From Octopus vulgaris (Eukaryota): a DNA stretch of 62,000 bases. The DNA lies in the NCBI GenBank assembly GCA_951406725.2, contig OX597817.1:117882001-117944000 (forward strand), read 5' to 3'. A model generated the notes under the pieces. That model was not told the origin of the DNA. It ran no database searches and saw only the letters and a program-made list of their open reading frames with translations. Positions within the stretch are counted from its first letter, which is position 1. Every line of letters begins with the position of its first letter. This document shows positions 9,739 to 23,875 of the stretch, piece by piece. The position numbers were made by a program, and so were the translations under genes.

Positions 9739-11884
9739 GACTGATCCTGGAAGCATTCAGTCGGGAACCAATCTTCTTACTACACACCCACGAAACAAAT
9801 TTAAAATATTCAATTCACATACAAGAATCATATCCTTACAGTTCTAAATACCATTTTGGCAAAAATTGATGTTGCCTTCCTTCTGGAGTCGATATGTAGC
9901 CGTTGAGATGGATCGTCGATATAAACAAACCTATGGTACAAATACGAACGTATTTGTACTTAGAACGTTAAGAAACGGAACAAATGTACTGCCGATTCTA
10001 CGGATTAGATAATATTCATGCCCTATATAAAAAGGGTTTGCTGGCAAGTCAAAACATCTACATGCTCTGTAGATTTACTTGATATAGCAACAAAAATATC
10101 ACAAATTTTAGACTGCTGTAAAAGAAATGAAGGATATGATGCCACATATATTCAGTGCAGCTCAAAGAGATATGGTCTGCAAAACAGAAACAAAGAAGCA
10201 AATACGCAACACCACATACTGTAATCGCTGGTGCTCTTATATAGAGGTGTGAGACACATTTGGCGTCACTAATTTGGCATCGCAGATTCGAGCCTGACTT
10301 ACTGTTATTCAAAGTATATACGTTATTCTCGTTCCGTTTTTATCTTCTTGCATTAATCTTTATCTCTCTCCCACTTTCTCTCTCTCTATCTCTATCTATC
10401 TATCTATATAGATCTATCTATCCATCCTTCTTTATCTCAGTTGTGTGGAGGTACATTTCCCAGTGCGTGGATAGAAAAAATGACCGTCCATCATGTTCAA
10501 TATATCGCAATGCATTTCTCGCCCCTATATCTCTATATGTATATGTCTCTTTGTGCGTACATGGGTGTGTGCAAGTGCGTTTGTGTGCTTTTGTGTGATT
10601 TTTTGCGTGCGAGTATGTGTTTGTTTCCCTGAAGTACCAAAACGTGGCGTCGACAAAACAGGTTGCACGTCGAATTAGCCGTGGTATCATATACAAGTAT
10701 CATACTGGATAAAGATATTACCTTTCTTAGATAAAAATAATGCCCATATTTCACCGATAATTATATCTTGAGAAGCTAGGGTGAACATTTCGGCTTCACT
10801 ATTTGCTATTATTAAAAGTATTTGGTATTATTATGGTAGTGAGATAGTAGAATGGTTTGCACGTCCGAAAAATGCTTAGCATCATTTTCACATATCATAT
10901 GAAATGTAGCTAGAGATGTGTAGTTTACCTTTGAAATGATGTATAAACAGTAACTTTTTCGTCACTTTATTACTTCAAATTGTTTTGACAAGGCCTGCAG
11001 TTTTGAAGACTTTGTGGTAAATTAAACAGGATGAAGTATTTCCAAGACATTTTGCAATGAAATTGAAATGAAATGAATTAATCATTTTCGTGTCAAAATA
11101 TAGATGCAATCTGAAAGAATTTGGTGCTAATTGCAATATGTCAAAACATATATGGTGCTACAAATTTTTCTATATAACTCACAGTAATATTAGACGTATA
11201 CGACGTGTAGTAGAAAACCATTAAATGAGTTTAAATGTATAATGATGCAAAATCCATTGTGAAAAGATACAAAAATATCATATATTAAAGAAGAAATGAA
11301 TGAGCTACTATTTTGGGACTGAATATTACAGCAAAATCAATGACTTTAGTTTAGAAAGAACCAATATCGGACGGTGTATCCTACAAAAGCGATATGGAAT
11401 TTTGCGATCTAAAAATGGAACGCTTTTTCATATTACACTATATTACATTTTATATTCATTATTAATAATATATTGTTCTGAAACGGTTTCTATTTATTAA
11501 CGCTTTCTTGGAATATGGATTCAAAAATTAAAGGCCTATGAATTTTTCTGCTACAAATTTAACTTGAACTGTTCTGAATTGCAATAGAAATTGGTATTGT
11601 GAGAAATAGGTATCTTGGCATTGTATTATTCAATGATTCATATTTTCATTTAAAATTAATTTGAAGCTTCGAGGAAGTATATGGAAAACAAAAAAATGCA
11701 GCCATGATTTTTTATTGGACAATTTTGCCAAAATTGAATGCCACCGCATAGACAGAGAGACTTTAATACATATACGTTTACAAACAGAGGAAAATGACAT
11801 AGTCGTATATAGCAAAATATACACTTGCACACAGACAAACAGTATATATTTACGCACAATCACGCGCTTATACGTCTAAACACA

Positions 11885-12093
<209 letters not shown>

Positions 12094-12111
12094 TAAAACA
12101 ACGAGGGTCCC

Positions 12112-12397
12112 GTTTCATATAGTCAACGGAATAGCTGGCTTGTGAAATCAACGTGCAAGTGGCTGAGAACTCCAAAGACACGTGTACTCTTCAAGTAGTT
12201 CTCAGGGAGATTCAACGTGACACAAAGTGTGACAAGGCCGGACCGTTGAAATACTGTTACTACTCACTTTTGCCAACTGCGTGGACTGGAGAAACGTGCA
12301 ATTAAGTGTTTTGCTCAAGGACACAACACGTCGCCGGGAGTTGAAATCACAACCTTACGATCGTGAGCCAAATGCCCTAACCACTAAGCCATGCGAC
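12112..12397 (-). mobile_element. tRNA-derived SINE
   Basis: Minus-strand head GTCGCATGGCTTAGTGGTTAGG (A box), then a decayed B box GATTTCAACTCC, then GTGTCCTTGAGCAAAACACTT. The body is shared with 22283-22565. Confidence 0.8.
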
Positions 12398-12672
12398 GCA
12401 CACCATCATCAACATATCCACACATTACAGTCGCACACACATACACACGCATACATTCACACGTCAAAGTCACCAGCCTGTATCCACACGCACACATTTA
12501 CACACTCTCACATATCCAACGCACGCGCACCTTCGTTTTGTGATCACCAGTACTTTATTATCTTCCTTTCTTCCTAGCTCTCCTGTCTAACTTCTTACGT
12601 CCAACCAGTCGCCATGATTGACCGCTAAGTCCAACATATTTTTTATTACTGTCTGTTTATTTCCCCGTGTTC

Positions 12673-12708
12673 CTTTCTGTTGAAGAGTGTAGGCTCGAAA
12701 AGCAAAAT
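12673..12708 (+). ncRNA. Decayed hammerhead-like motif (CUGUUGA family), probable solo pLTR remnant
   Basis: CTTT-CTGTTGA-A-GAGT(GTAG)GCTC-GAAA-AG-CA-AAAT. A homologous copy lies at 19088-19123 (minus). Confidence 0.45.
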
Positions 12709-13089
12709 ACTTGCACACCTTCCCGGGCGTCAAACCAACACTTGCTGTTTATACTCCTCTCTTTGTCCTTACCAAATAGAGAACACTTTCAATGTTGTCC
12801 CAATCTTAAACAGCTCAGATGTTCCCTGGTGATCAGTTTTCTCTCAAAGCACTTCCTTCAAAACTTCGAGAACTACATCCTGCCTTATCAGCAAACACAC
12901 ACACACACATATACACACACACATGCACTGAACAGATAAAGGACACTGAGTTCCTCCTTTTTCATAACCACCCATCATATATACGCTGTATGTGCATCAG
13001 AAAATATATGTTTAGGGACATGACAACTTTGATTCTTTTAACAACAATAAATGAATAAATAAATAAATAAATAAAATTCTCTTCGAATC

Positions 13090-13345
13090 AAGAAAATACC
13101 AGTGCACCACACATCTCCTAACTGTTAATAACATTCTTCTAGAGCTCCAATACCTGTGTCTCGTTATTACCGAGGATATCTCATGGTTAAAGCTCATCCT
13201 TAGCTTAGCTATCACTTCATCCCAAATACAATCACTCAGTTTATGCAATAGAAGATATTTCCCCATGAAAGAGTTGCTGATACTCAAGTTTCAAGTGAAA
13301 TGTATTACGTATTACTACAGCCACATTCTACATTCTATAAAAACA
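13090..13345 (+). mobile_element. CR1/L2-like LINE RT C-terminal remnant
   Basis: The frame LVITEDISWLKLILSLAITSSQIQSLSLCNRRYFPMKELLILK...YYSHI resembles the LG..I..DLSW..HI...A..AS..L..L.R...YF....LL.LYK...EY.SHIW thumb region. Confidence 0.55.
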
Positions 13346-16299
13346 AATTGCTTTGAATCAAAAGAAGAGCCATCCAAGTAACTGCTACTAAATCATACGC
13401 ATAGACCTGACATTTAAAAAATATTCGTTATATGCGAATTAAAATATTGATAATTTGTACTAAAAATTCTATTGACATGTGTTGCTCTCTTTAATGCAGT
13501 TATTTGGTGGAAATTAAAAGGAGCACAGAAAGGAGCATGTATGGGATATACATGAGGAGTAAAAAGTAAAACACATCATAGAAAACTACGTACACACTAA
13601 GCGATAACGCCAGTAATAATAAACATAGGCACTTGTTAAATATCACTTCTTTTTCGTTAGACAATTTGTTAAATATCAAATGCGCTGTTTAATATGCTGG
13701 TTAAGCAAAGAGTTATTACAACCATATCTCTCCAATACACACGCGCGCACATATGCATACACAAACATACACACACACAGAGCAAATAAGCAAAATTGAA
13801 TTCATACCCCTCCCTAATCATCCATCATACACATGCTAAGGCCTACAAATATTAAAACAATACGTTAGGAACAATGAAATAGTGTTCTTTCCTACAGACA
13901 AATCCTATAGAATGCCTGTAGACAGCCTGTAGAGCTACGTCCATACACAACAACAGCACACCAATAACATGAAAGACGTTGCAGTACAAGAACATGATAA
14001 TGTAGGCAAATATCTCAATGCACACAGGGGAATGTGGTGCAACGTGCTCCAACATAAAAATGGACCACACGAAATTTCCAAACACCTAACAACGGTGTTT
14101 CTACACTATATGATTTACGTGCTCCCGATCTCGAACGGCATGAGGAGCTAATAGTTGCAGCAACTATAGAAATTCCTACTCCTCGCAAGATCTGCGTGCT
14201 CCTCAGTAGAGACAATGAGTGTGGCCGTTCCGACCACCTCACAGGCTGTATAGTAGGTAGTATAGAAAGGGTATAATTCTTATCGTCTCTTGACATTGAT
14301 TACGATGCGGAAAAATCTGTATCACTGAAGTAGAGTTCTCATAAGTAAAAGCAGGAGAACACAGTTTTCTCCTTAGATTAACCTATGGCAGTGGTTACGC
14401 GGATAGTCATGACCTTATTAGTTTCCGCCCCACCTGGTCAGAACGAAGAAGACCACTCATCGTTACATTGGTAGTGAAGAAGGGCTCCACAGACGGTGGA
14501 GAGGCTTGTCTATATCCACCCAGGATCCAGAGAGTTACAATCAGGTGAGAAATATGATAGCTGGCTGCACATGCAATAGCAGCTAGCATAAAAATAAAAC
14601 CGTTTGAAGAGCCATATAGTAAAGTTCAGTAAGAAACTCTATATGCAGGTTTAAGGGCAGCCTTCAGTGTTGGTGTGACTTGGACGTGGCCGGCCTCTTT
14701 ATAACCTGGTAGGACAAAACACTTAAGCAATCCACAGATGAATAATGTGTAGCAATAATACTAATTCTAGATAAATAGATGATATCGACATTCTACTTAG
14801 GACAATCCCATGTGCTCATACTTAGGAAGCCGAGTGGTGTACAATGAAGAGAATCCAGCGCATAGAGAACTATGCCCACCTGAGTATCAAGGTAACTGTA
14901 AAATACCCCGCAAGGCCCCCTAACAATAAATTCCTTGTCCTTGATACTGAACCGTAGTTAGAGCCTACAAACAAGATTCAACTCACCCACTCCTATTATA
15001 TGAAATCTATAGTTTCCAAATATGGTATTTGTAAGAAATTAGCTTTATCAAACAAGATAACGATAAGAAATAATTATAGCGGATTTATTAGGTTAATAAA
15101 CCTGTCCCTACGCATACATGCGCACGCACATGAACACACAGGCTAGTAGACACACGAACGCGGGAATATAGAAAAGCACAAGAATACACGCATAAATATA
15201 TACATGCATAGACACACACATATATACATACATACGCACTCACACGGATGCAGGAATGTGCACACATGCACGCAATAACACACACATATGTAATATGTAC
15301 GCTGGCAATCACCCCCACCCCACATACACCTATCAATTTCTACACAAGTATAGGCAACAAAGTGTCAGACGGGCAACCAGGGCCTGCGTAATAAACTGGG
15401 AGAGAACTAACTGAAAATGTTAAGAGTGGCAACGATAGAAATTTGACGTGCATAAATAAAACAAACGATTACCTGTTTCACAAACAAACGATCAATTAGT
15501 TAGTTGCAATAATTTTAAACCAATTAACTAATAATAGGGTCATGGAATTGAACCAGTGCATGCGTTATGAATATTGACATAGTGACTCTCCCTAGACAGA
15601 ACAAAATTAGTTTCAACACACGCCTTCCATGAAGAATCTTACAAACCAAATGCAAATCGAAATGATTTATGAATCCCCACCGTATTGCAGCATTTGTTTT
15701 GGAGCATCTACAGTGACAATGGCATTTAGCTTTCCATCCATGTGGATCCGTATTTGAACAATCTATTTATTTTCATTGAAAATTGCAGCTTGTCATATAT
15801 CTGCTTCCTAAAATTATAGTTTAATGCTCAGAGGCTGTATGAAGAACACTTTCTTATTTTCAGGAACAGCTGGAAACGGAGACAGTAATATGTAACTGTA
15901 TATATAAACTGATTTGATAGCGAATTTCGTTTCAGTTTTCAAAATTTTGATTCCTTTTCTCAAGTTCTGTGCATTGTTTCCTTGTTTAATCTCGCTGAGA
16001 TCTTGTCACTTTTCTTGCAGCAAACTTCCACAAATAAACAATTCAACACTTTTCTGAAAATGAATGGTGACTTACTGTAAAGAAATCAATACTTAAGCTG
16101 TCTTTAGAAAGAATAATGCTTGAAGGTGATGCTCTGGAGTATTTAGGTCAGAAAATAGAATAGGTATATATATATGTGTGTAGGTGTGTGTGGGTGCGTT
16201 AGTGTGTGTTCGTGTATACAAACATTATATATATATGTGTGTGTGTATGTATGTATATAAGCCCTTCCTTAAATCCTTAAATGTCTATATGATCAGTAT

Positions 16300-17990
16300 T
16301 AGATATTACCCAACCTACACATCCTCGTAGAACAAAACAAAGAATATTTACGTAACAAACATTCTCACACACTCAAGAATCCTTACTAGCACCATCACCA
16401 ACACATACAAGAAAACCCATTAATCTACATGAAATGGCATAAACACAGAAGCAAAGGAACTAGCTACCTACCTTAATATACGTCCTGTACTACACTTAAG
16501 GAAATTATTCCAATTTCCTCTCTAACCTCGAATGCTGACTGAACAACCCCTTCAAAAGTGAGATAGACATCATTAGCAAATATATTCTCTATACTATCGA
16601 CTTCGACGTCAGAAGGACTACAGAGTTGACTCAATAGAATTTCAGCGCAGTTGTGATCGACTGATTCTGCGGTATCGCGGATAAATCTGCTTGATGATTC
16701 ACCTAGTGCGACATTTTTGACTTCTACTCTTTCATATCTAAGTCCTTCCTGCTGAAGGACCTAACTTTTGCTGAGCAATTCACCAGCATAAGTAGTATTG
16801 ATATCAGAAACATCCTAAATGCCAAAAAGTTAACTCTGGTGCATGGCAATTCCTTCTGGGTGAAGACGGTAGGTGATCCATTATTTGATGTCTCTATAAG
16901 AGACTTTGACTGGGGGTTATCGATTTTGGATGCTCTCCAAAAGAGACGTAGCCATACACATAAATCGGCCCTCTTTAGGAAAGACAGTCTGGCTGTCTCA
17001 GCGATATGATCGGCTACACCATGAGCATGTTGAGGAAGGACTTGATAAAATTGTTTTCAGAGTACGTTCGGTTTCACGGATGTAACATTAGACCTGGACA
17101 CGGACAAATATTAACCCTAGAGAAAGCCTAACAAGGAAAGGGTATATATCTACAAGAGCTCAATCCACCCAGCGCTGTAATTAGAAATCTGTTTTCAGAC
17201 ATTATAAAGCGGATGTCTAAACTCTCGACCAACAGGGAGGTCTCTAATAGGGCCGCACCCCACTACGATAGTGCTTTGGCTAGAAGCGGGTTTAGTGAGA
17301 AGCTCACGTATGTGGACGATCCCTAAGTACCCTCTTCTCACCACAAGAGGATACAGAGAAAGAAAACTATCTGGTTTAGTCCTACCTCAACCCCCTAAGA
17401 ATGTCAAGGTGGGCTACTCCTGCTTAGACAACATTGTATCTAACATCACACGCACCAACAGATGGAAAAATGCACCTGCACAACCACAAACTCAGTCTGC
17501 AACTTCCGAAACCTCAGCAATTGCCCTCTAGAAAGATCCTGCTTCTCAAGGGCCGTTGTATACAGAGCCACTCTCTTACACCCTCCGATGGAATCACTAG
17601 GAACTATAAGGGTATGATGGCCAATGATTACATAGGAAGATACTCACAGCGCATACACTCGTCCAGATCCAGAGACAGACAGTACTCTATTTCCCTGTCT
17701 GAGTTTCTCAGGAGACTCCGTGATCTCCGAGACGAAACATCCAGCATCAACTGGACTATTGTCGACAGGGAACCACCGTATTCACCTGGCGCCCCTAATT
17801 GCCGGCTCTGCCCCCGCAAAAGACTGCACATTCTCTACCAGCCCACAGTATTCATGAACAGGAAATATGAACTATCCTATTGCTGTCACCAGGTGTATGC
17901 ATTTCTGGTAAATTTCAAGCGAATGTCCGCCGACATTCCGGATATACCACATTAGTACCAGCTAATGTACACCCTGAAATTCGGAGTAGA
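16300..17990 (+). mobile_element. Decayed PLE (RT + GIY-YIG) of a different lineage from PLE-A (EN ends CxLC..K, Nematis-like)
   Basis: Fragmented motifs TITNTYKKT, NTEAKELA, KSEIDIISK, FDIFDFYS-like, FDVSI, LFRKDSLAV, F.DVTLDL and YRKPN-like. ORF 17434-17955 contains INWTIVDREPPYSPGAPNCRLCPRKRLHIL. Confidence 0.85.
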
Positions 17991-18076
17991 AAGGAATTTG
18001 AAAGTTATTGTTTTGTTACACACACACACACAAACATACACATTCACACACACACATACATACACACACATATACG

Positions 18077-18107
<31 letters not shown>

Positions 18108-18126
18108 ATATATCTGAGTAAATGAT

Positions 18127-18264
18127 TTTATAAGTATAATTATAAAACTATATCAAGGGCAATCAGCAGCGAGTATTTCTACAGGCCGAGCCAAACGTGG
18201 GGCTCGACCTGTAGAAATACTCGCTAGTTGCCCTTAATGTAGTTTTTAAAATTATATTTATAAA
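18127..18264. repeat. ~140-bp foldback hairpin (~65-bp arms, 10-nt loop)
   Basis: ...AAGGGCAA..GCGAGTATTTCTACAGGCCGAGC caaacgtggg GCTCGACCTGTAGAAATACTCGC.AGTTGCCCTT... The right arm recurs at ~18782-18820. Confidence 0.85.
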
Positions 18265-18816
18265 CTTATGTAAGCAATTATTTTTACCTAATCTAGTCAT
18301 CACACGCTAACTAACTGTTAACTCGTATACAGATATTATCCTTAATCATATTTAATATATATACTTTCACCTAGAGCAAAAGTATTTGGTTATTCACACG
18401 TAGCTGAGTTAAACGAACTAGATTTTAAAATTTTAATTTGTGTTTAAATTTGAACAGTTGTATATGCACTGTGGATATATTGTTTTCGTGTGGTATGTAT
18501 AATTGTTTATAATTATCGTAAATATGAGGACAATAATTCAAAATAATTTACCATTGGGTCGCATGCATAAATAAAATTCATAAGACATAATAAATATATA
18601 CAAGTGGTTGTGTTTTGCTGAGGAAGGAAAACAGATATTGGTCCGTAAACCTGAAATCAATTGATATGTAACTGTACCTCTTAAAAAATCTTTTCGTTTA
18701 TTCCCCCGCTTTCAGAGCGTATTTATATGATACTTAAGGTACTTCGGCACCATTTGGAGTCTTCCTATAGCGTTTAAGTTGGCCTGTAGAAATACTAATT
18801 AGTTGCCCTTAATATA

Positions 18817-18894
<78 letters not shown>

Positions 18895-19087
18895 ATTATG
18901 TACTCAACTTTTTACCGTAACTGGTTATTACACGCTAATTACCTGATAAAATATTATATAGATTTTATCCTTCCCCTTCACTCTAATTAATATATATATA
19001 GTTGAAATGTATAGTAAAATAAGACGAAGACAGATATATGAATAACAACAGGTGTAATAGTTTGAAGCACGGGAAAAATGAGAAAGT

Positions 19088-19123
19088 ATTTCATATTTAG
19101 AGCATGCGCTCTTCAACAGAAAG
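19088..19123 (-). ncRNA. Decayed hammerhead-like motif (CUGUUGA family) downstream of the 19.9-20.4-kb PLE fragment
   Basis: Minus strand reads CTTT-CTGTTGA-A-GAGC(GCAT)GCTC-TAAA-TA-TG-AAAT. The GAAA box has decayed to TAAA. Confidence 0.4.
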
Positions 19124-19859
19124 GAATAAGAGGAAACAAGCGGAGTGAGAAGGAAAACCACGTGCAGTATTCAGTGGTCCAGCTTGGCGTATGATTAGAA
19201 TAAAATCGGTTGAAAGAAAGGGAAATAATAATAAAAACTGAGATTGAATGAAAGGGAGATAATAATAGTGCTAGTGATTCCAACAAGAGTAGGTGCATGT
19301 GCGTGTGAGTGTATGTGAGAATGATGTGTGTGAATAAGAGCGAGTGACTCTGATGTGCGTGAGTGTGTGTGCGCGTAGCGTAACATGTGTGTGAGTGTAT
19401 GTGTGTTGTGTGTAGTAGTTGATGTGTGCATTTTACATGTGGTGTCTGCACATGTGCGTGTATGTGTTTGTAATGAAACTGTGCATGTGTATGGTATCTT
19501 ATAAGGGTGAAACTTATGTTTATCGATGTATGCGTGTTGCGTGAGCATGTATATATTGTCTCTGTTCCGCTGTTATGCGCTTGTGTGGATGTGGGAGTAT
19601 ATATTGTCTGTGTTCAGGTATTATGTGTTTGTTTGGATATGGGCGTATGCATGATGGCGCGTACTGTGTTTACTGAGTTAAACAGTGTGCGTGGCTGCTC
19701 ATATAGTGGTATGTGTGATGACGATATTTAAGGTGTGTTGGTATGTAGATGATGGCGTGTGGTGTGGGCGCTGAGACGTGGTCAGTGCTAATAAGTGTAG
19801 AGTAGTGTGGGGTTGGTTCAAATAAGGAAAGCAGGTGAGGTTAGTGTCAGATTAAGAGA

Positions 19860-20420
19860 GGAGTTTAGTTGAGCCCCTATAGCACAAAGGAGCGAAGAGA
19901 GAAGATTAATCCCTTTTCACGGGGAAGGCGCGTGCCCGGGTGGTCTCTGTGCAAAGATAATCCGAACATACACAGATGTTGTAGCGAATGACCGGTACAG
20001 TAGAAATGGTACGAGACCGGGGTGTCATTGCCGAGCCTGATGTCTCGGAGGTGCTCTGTGAATTGGTCAGCCACGAGGCATCCCGTTTAACCGATGTACA
20101 GGAGATGCAGTAAACGATATTACTAGATGTGTAGGTAAAGTCGATGATGTGATAGGGACGATAATCGGTGTCTGTAAGGATGGTGGTGTTGGAGAGGTCG
20201 AGGCTGGTGCGACAGCGTGGACGAAATCTGGGGAACGAATCAGGCTGGAAGGTGAGTTTAGGGAAGAAATTGTGGACCAGGGGGTCATGCAGGTTATGGG
20301 CACGTTTGAAGGAGCTAAGAGGTAGGTTGGAGAAGATATACGAGGTGGAGGCTCCGGACAGGAGCTGCATGAAGCCTCTCAGAAAGGTGCGAGGCATGGT
20401 GGAGTGGTGGTAGGAAAGTG
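19860..20420 (-). mobile_element. Decayed Neptune-type PLE 3' fragment (GIY-YIG endonuclease)
   Basis: PLSSFKRAHNLHDPLVH, FTYTSSNIVYCISC and ADQFTEHLRDIRLGNDTPVSYHF...HSL...GL...REKGLIFSL across frameshifts. Confidence 0.85.
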
Positions 20421-22282
20421 GAAACGGGTGACGGGCAACGGGAGGGTGGCTGCGAGGGGAAAGAGCAGAGGTACAGTAGGAAAGAATGAGGAACATGTCG
20501 GAGCAGTGGTAGGTAAGTGGATGCAGGAGACGGGGAACGGCGGGGTGGGTGCGAAGAAAAAAAGGCAGAGACACGGTCCACATATCGTGCCCAGACAAAA
20601 GTATCAATTTCATATATGAGTGTTTTAATGCATTTCAAATATTACGCGTACTGAGCATTGAAAAAGTTTGGACGAAATATTGTATGAATAAATATATGCA
20701 GAAATATATACGAAATACAGGTAAAATGTACATGAAGTGATCTTCGAACATCATTCGTGATGATTCACTCGTTTTTCTTCAGCATGTTCGATTGGACAAA
20801 ATCGTAATGATCATTAAGTAAAATTTATTGATGCAAAGGACACACACACAGATGTACATGTAAATATCTACATGCTTTTCAAAGCCATTGCACGAAGATA
20901 TAAAAAGAGTCGTAATTATGAATGTAGTTTCATGTTTCTCGGAATCTATATATCGCTTTCGGAAGGTATCTCCTCATTGTATTTATAAATCAATATAATA
21001 TTCGCAAACATAAATATGTAGAAATACTCCAAACATCCTAGATAGTAGAGTGTTTTATAATTCACGTACAAAAACGACCTATATAAATATACTCTTGAAA
21101 TATAAGTTCTCTTCAAAATTACTAGGCACTAAATGATAAATTCCAGTTGTAATCTATCTGATGCTTTAGATATGCTAATTTATTGTTTCTTTTCTTTATC
21201 AATTTTTAATAATAAACGAATTTACACTGTAAAGTTTGGCTTCACATGATCTTCTCTAAATATGTAAGCTTCTTCTTCAGCACTTCCTATCGTTCGACAT
21301 GAGTTCAGGAAGTTCATTTTATTTTATATATATATAGTTGGATTATTAGTTTAAAAGCATTTTTTTGGTATTTTTTAATTATATTCTTTCATTAGTATTT
21401 CATTTTCTCGATTTCGTGTAATTTAAATTGTTTTAAACATAGTTATTAAAATCTATTGTTTTGCCAACTTCTTTAAAGCTCTATACATTTAAATCAAATT
21501 TCGATTTGCTCATTAGATCTATGTTATTATCATTATATTCCCTTTTATCTTTTCCCTGTTACGGATCCAAATCTACATTATTCTTTGTTTAATATTTATT
21601 ATTGTTTCGAGAAGTGAGGAGTAGTTAGGAAAAAAATATTCGATTTCAGCGCTCTGAAATACCGCAAATATTGATGTAACTAAAATATTTGATTTTATTC
21701 TTGTATTTATTTATTTAAAGTTTTATCATTTTATGTATAACATAGTACGTCTGGCTTTCTTTTAAATTGGAAATCGATTTTTCTGTCTAAAACAGCAGTG
21801 TTTGTTATGCTGATTTTGATTCATCCACGATGACTTTTATCTTCACTTACAGACTGAAGTAGTATAGTTCCTGCAGATGCAGATGCAGATGGAGTTTACA
21901 TGTCAATTTCACTTCAAATCAATGTTAATAATAAGCTTTATGCTCATACAAGATTAGTAAATATATTCTTTTTTTATAGCATTAATCACAAAAATTATTG
22001 AAAACAATACATTTTTGTAAGGAATCTGGTTGGGATGAAAACTCAATTTACAGATTGAGCTAATGTTTTTTTTATAAGTAATCCATCATATAGCAGTTAA
22101 AGGAACAATACTACCTTAAATGTTAACAAATAAGATACTTAACAATGTTCACGAAATAAATTACATTTTTGATATTAACTTATACTGATAAATACCTTAA
22201 TTGTTTAACTATGCAATTTTAATCAAATATTATTCGCCCCTAGCTAGACGCGTCACATTACATATATTGTATTTATTATATG

Positions 22283-22565
22283 AAGACGAGTGGCTTACTG
22301 TTTAGGAGTATTTGGCTCATGATAGTAAGGTCGTGAGTTCGATTCCCAGATGTTATTCTAATCATCTCAGCTGACATCACTCAGTTGTACCTGTAATTCA
22401 CAGGACCATTCTCATCGCATTGTGCGTCACGCTGAATCTCCCCCGAGGACTATGATAATAGTTTGTTTGTTTGACACTCAGTAACTTGAACGTTAATTTC
22501 AGTAGCAGGTCGTTACGTTAATTGGGACAAACTGAACACTAGTCGTCATGACCGACAATGTGCCA
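22283..22565 (+). mobile_element. tRNA-derived SINE (same family as 12112-12397)
   Basis: A-box-like GTGGCTTACTGTTTAGG and B box GAGTTCGATTCCC. The body TGCGTCACGCTGAATCTCCC... is complementary to the 12.1-kb copy. Confidence 0.75.
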
Positions 22566-22758
22566 TTCATTTGATATACGATTTCGTATTTAGCTGTTAC
22601 GAGAAACTGTGTCGAACATAGTCAATGATTATATAAGAACCTGCATTTTATTCTGCTATGTAGCAGATTGAGATATGAATGCAATATATCTTTTGTATAA
22701 TCCATAGAACCTTGTCCAGAATTTGGACAATACCTCCAATAATGGCATTACACATAAG

Positions 22759-23200
22759 TCTATTATATAAAATCCGTTCTGTCTGTCTGTGTGCGTGTCT
22801 TCTAAGATCTCGGGCATCCTCCATCCGATTGTGCTCAAATTTGATATGTACATACTGACGGTATCAGGGCGTGTATAAGTCTTGCGAAAATTACAAAAAT
22901 CGATTTCAGGTGAGAATGTGATCAATAAAGCCGCGGAAACGTGCATTTGTACGCGCAAGTGCATCAGCTGTTGCGATCGATACTACGCGTATTCGAGAAA
23001 AATGCACGTGCAGTTTGCGCAAAAAAGCCAGCTGGCTTGAAGTAATGCCACAAAATGCAGTATATTTAAGACACCAAAAAAAAGAAAGATGCAAAAGAGA
23101 TATTTTCTTCAGACTTAGCATGAAGGAAGGAAGTCTATCTTTACTTATTCTTTTGCTGGTGTCTCAAATTTAGGTCAAATCAGTGCTTCTCAAAGGGGAG
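22759..23200 (+). mobile_element. Non-autonomous Helitron/DINE-1-like element (3' end not resolved)
   Basis: Begins TCTATTATATAAAA followed by (GTCT)n and ...CCGATTGTGCTCAAATTTG..., the layout typical of non-autonomous Helitron-type repeats. No hairpin/CTAG terminus is seen. Confidence 0.5.
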
Positions 23201-23499
23201 GCCTTTGGCTTAAATGTTTGACAACTCAGCACCGTTCGTTGGACGGAGGACGTTTTGCTCGTACACATAAACTGAGACAGATATACACATATACAAATCA
23301 ATATAAGTGGTTTAATACAATGCAAATCCTTCTTTACATGTAACGTGGGATATAACTCGAAACACTTTAAGCATAAATATGCAAGCACTTACATACACAC
23401 ACACACACGCACAAACACAGACGCTCATGCATATAAACATACAAGCAAGTGCAAGTGTGCGTGTGTTTACGTGTGTGTGTGCGTGTGTGTATGGTGATA

Positions 23500-23572
23500 C
23501 GTGGATTAATTATTAAGGTTTTGCACTCATGATCGTAAGATTGTCATTTGGACTCCTGGGCTCAGGTGATGC
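23500..23572 (+). mobile_element. Truncated SINE head
   Basis: GTGGATTAATTATTAAGG..CACTCATGATCGTAAGATTGTCATTTGGACTCC resembles the 12.1-kb and 22.3-kb SINE heads. Confidence 0.5.
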
Positions 23573-23814
23573 ATCTACTTTCTGAACAAAACTTTCAATA
23601 ATTCTTCGACGAATTGGTGTCCCATCCAATGGCAGAATATATAAGCCACGGGATCCAGGAAGCCTATGGCTCGGGAAGAGCTTTTGATCATTTTTGGATA
23701 CTTTATTTCACGTGCGCGGGCACACACAGACACACACACATACACACATACACACACATACACACACTCACTCACACACATACACACACACTCACATACA
23801 CGAACATCTATGCA

Positions 23815-23875
<61 letters not shown>

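Noticed and set aside
9936-9959. 11-bp-stem hairpin GTACAAATACG-AA-CGTATTTGTAC followed by TTAG
   Set aside because: It superficially resembles a Helitron 3' end, but it is AT-rich, lacks the usual spacer before CTRR, and has no matching 5' end.
13852-14700. Higher-GC block with several short ORFs on both strands
   Set aside because: It is probably an old repeat, but I recognise no protein motif. A BLASTX or Dfam search is needed.
17968-18012. CTGA-AATTC...GAATT-TGAAA-GT-TA after the 16.3-18.0-kb PLE
   Set aside because: The position fits a pLTR ribozyme, but the core lacks NGA and stem I is unconvincing.
20729-20786. Minus-strand ACAUG-CUGAAGA-...hairpin...-GAAG-AUCAC-UU-CAUGU hammerhead-like string
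   Set aside because: It has a canonical core and a 5-bp stem I, but 9 unpaired nt precede stem II, the GAAA box reads GAAG, stem III is not palindromic, and there is no second copy. Chance cannot be excluded.
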